A stretch of 64,000 nt of DNA from a virus, in the IMG/VR virus record IMGVR_UViG_3300009537_001827, positions 2,320 to 66,319 of that record. The stretch is one strand, 5' to 3'. The translations under genes and the position numbers were made by a program. The notes below the pieces were generated by a model. The model had not been told where the DNA came from. It ran no database searches and was given only the letters and a program-made list of their open reading frames with translations. How positions within the stretch are numbered: the first letter of the stretch is position 1; the number at the start of each line of letters is the position of its first letter. Positions 63,986-64,000 of this stretch are shown piece after piece.

Positions 63986-64000
63986 GGCGAGCGCGATGGC

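Larger units (their letters stand above)
1..64000 (-). mobile_element. Segment of a large contractile-tailed bacteriophage genome (myovirus morphology)
   Basis: Co-oriented sheath, tube, tape measure, baseplate, neck, amidase, helicase and primase genes; dense one-strand coding; no host housekeeping operons. Confidence 0.95.

Noticed and set aside
47737-64000. Major capsid, portal, terminase or prohead protease
   Set aside because: No ORF with matching size and motifs recognised; probably beyond the window end

Overview
This window is a 64-kb internal segment of a large, GC-rich contractile-tailed (myovirus-like) phage genome. Essentially all credible genes are on the minus strand, so the modules below are listed in transcription order, from high to low coordinates. 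(1) 64-47.7 kb: a head-associated region of modular proteins, with neck/adaptor genes, an MT-A70 methyltransferase and a LAGLIDADG nuclease. (2) 47.7-18.8 kb: a complete tail module (tail completion, sheath, tube, chaperone with a -1 frameshift signal, tape measure, hub, spike, tube initiator, gp25-like wedge, baseplate J/I, fibres). (3) 18.4-16.6 kb: lysis genes (amidase and a spanin-like protein). (4) 15.7-11.7 kb: replication genes (SF2 helicase, DnaB-like helicase, primase). (5) 11.5-0 kb: an accessory region with tRNA-like mini-elements, a sigma-like protein, a sigma54-type promoter in front of Ku, and a five-gene type IV pilin set (fimT-pilV-pilW-pilX-like plus a separate pilin). No major capsid, portal or terminase gene was recognised in the window. 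The two strongest candidates for an undescribed system are the phage-encoded pilus tip/minor-pilin module and a family of head-region polyproteins that share a ~20-aa tag and repeated ES-x-[KR]-[HQR]-E linkers, which may mark protease-released capsid cargo. All assignments come from reading motifs by eye; no database searches were run.
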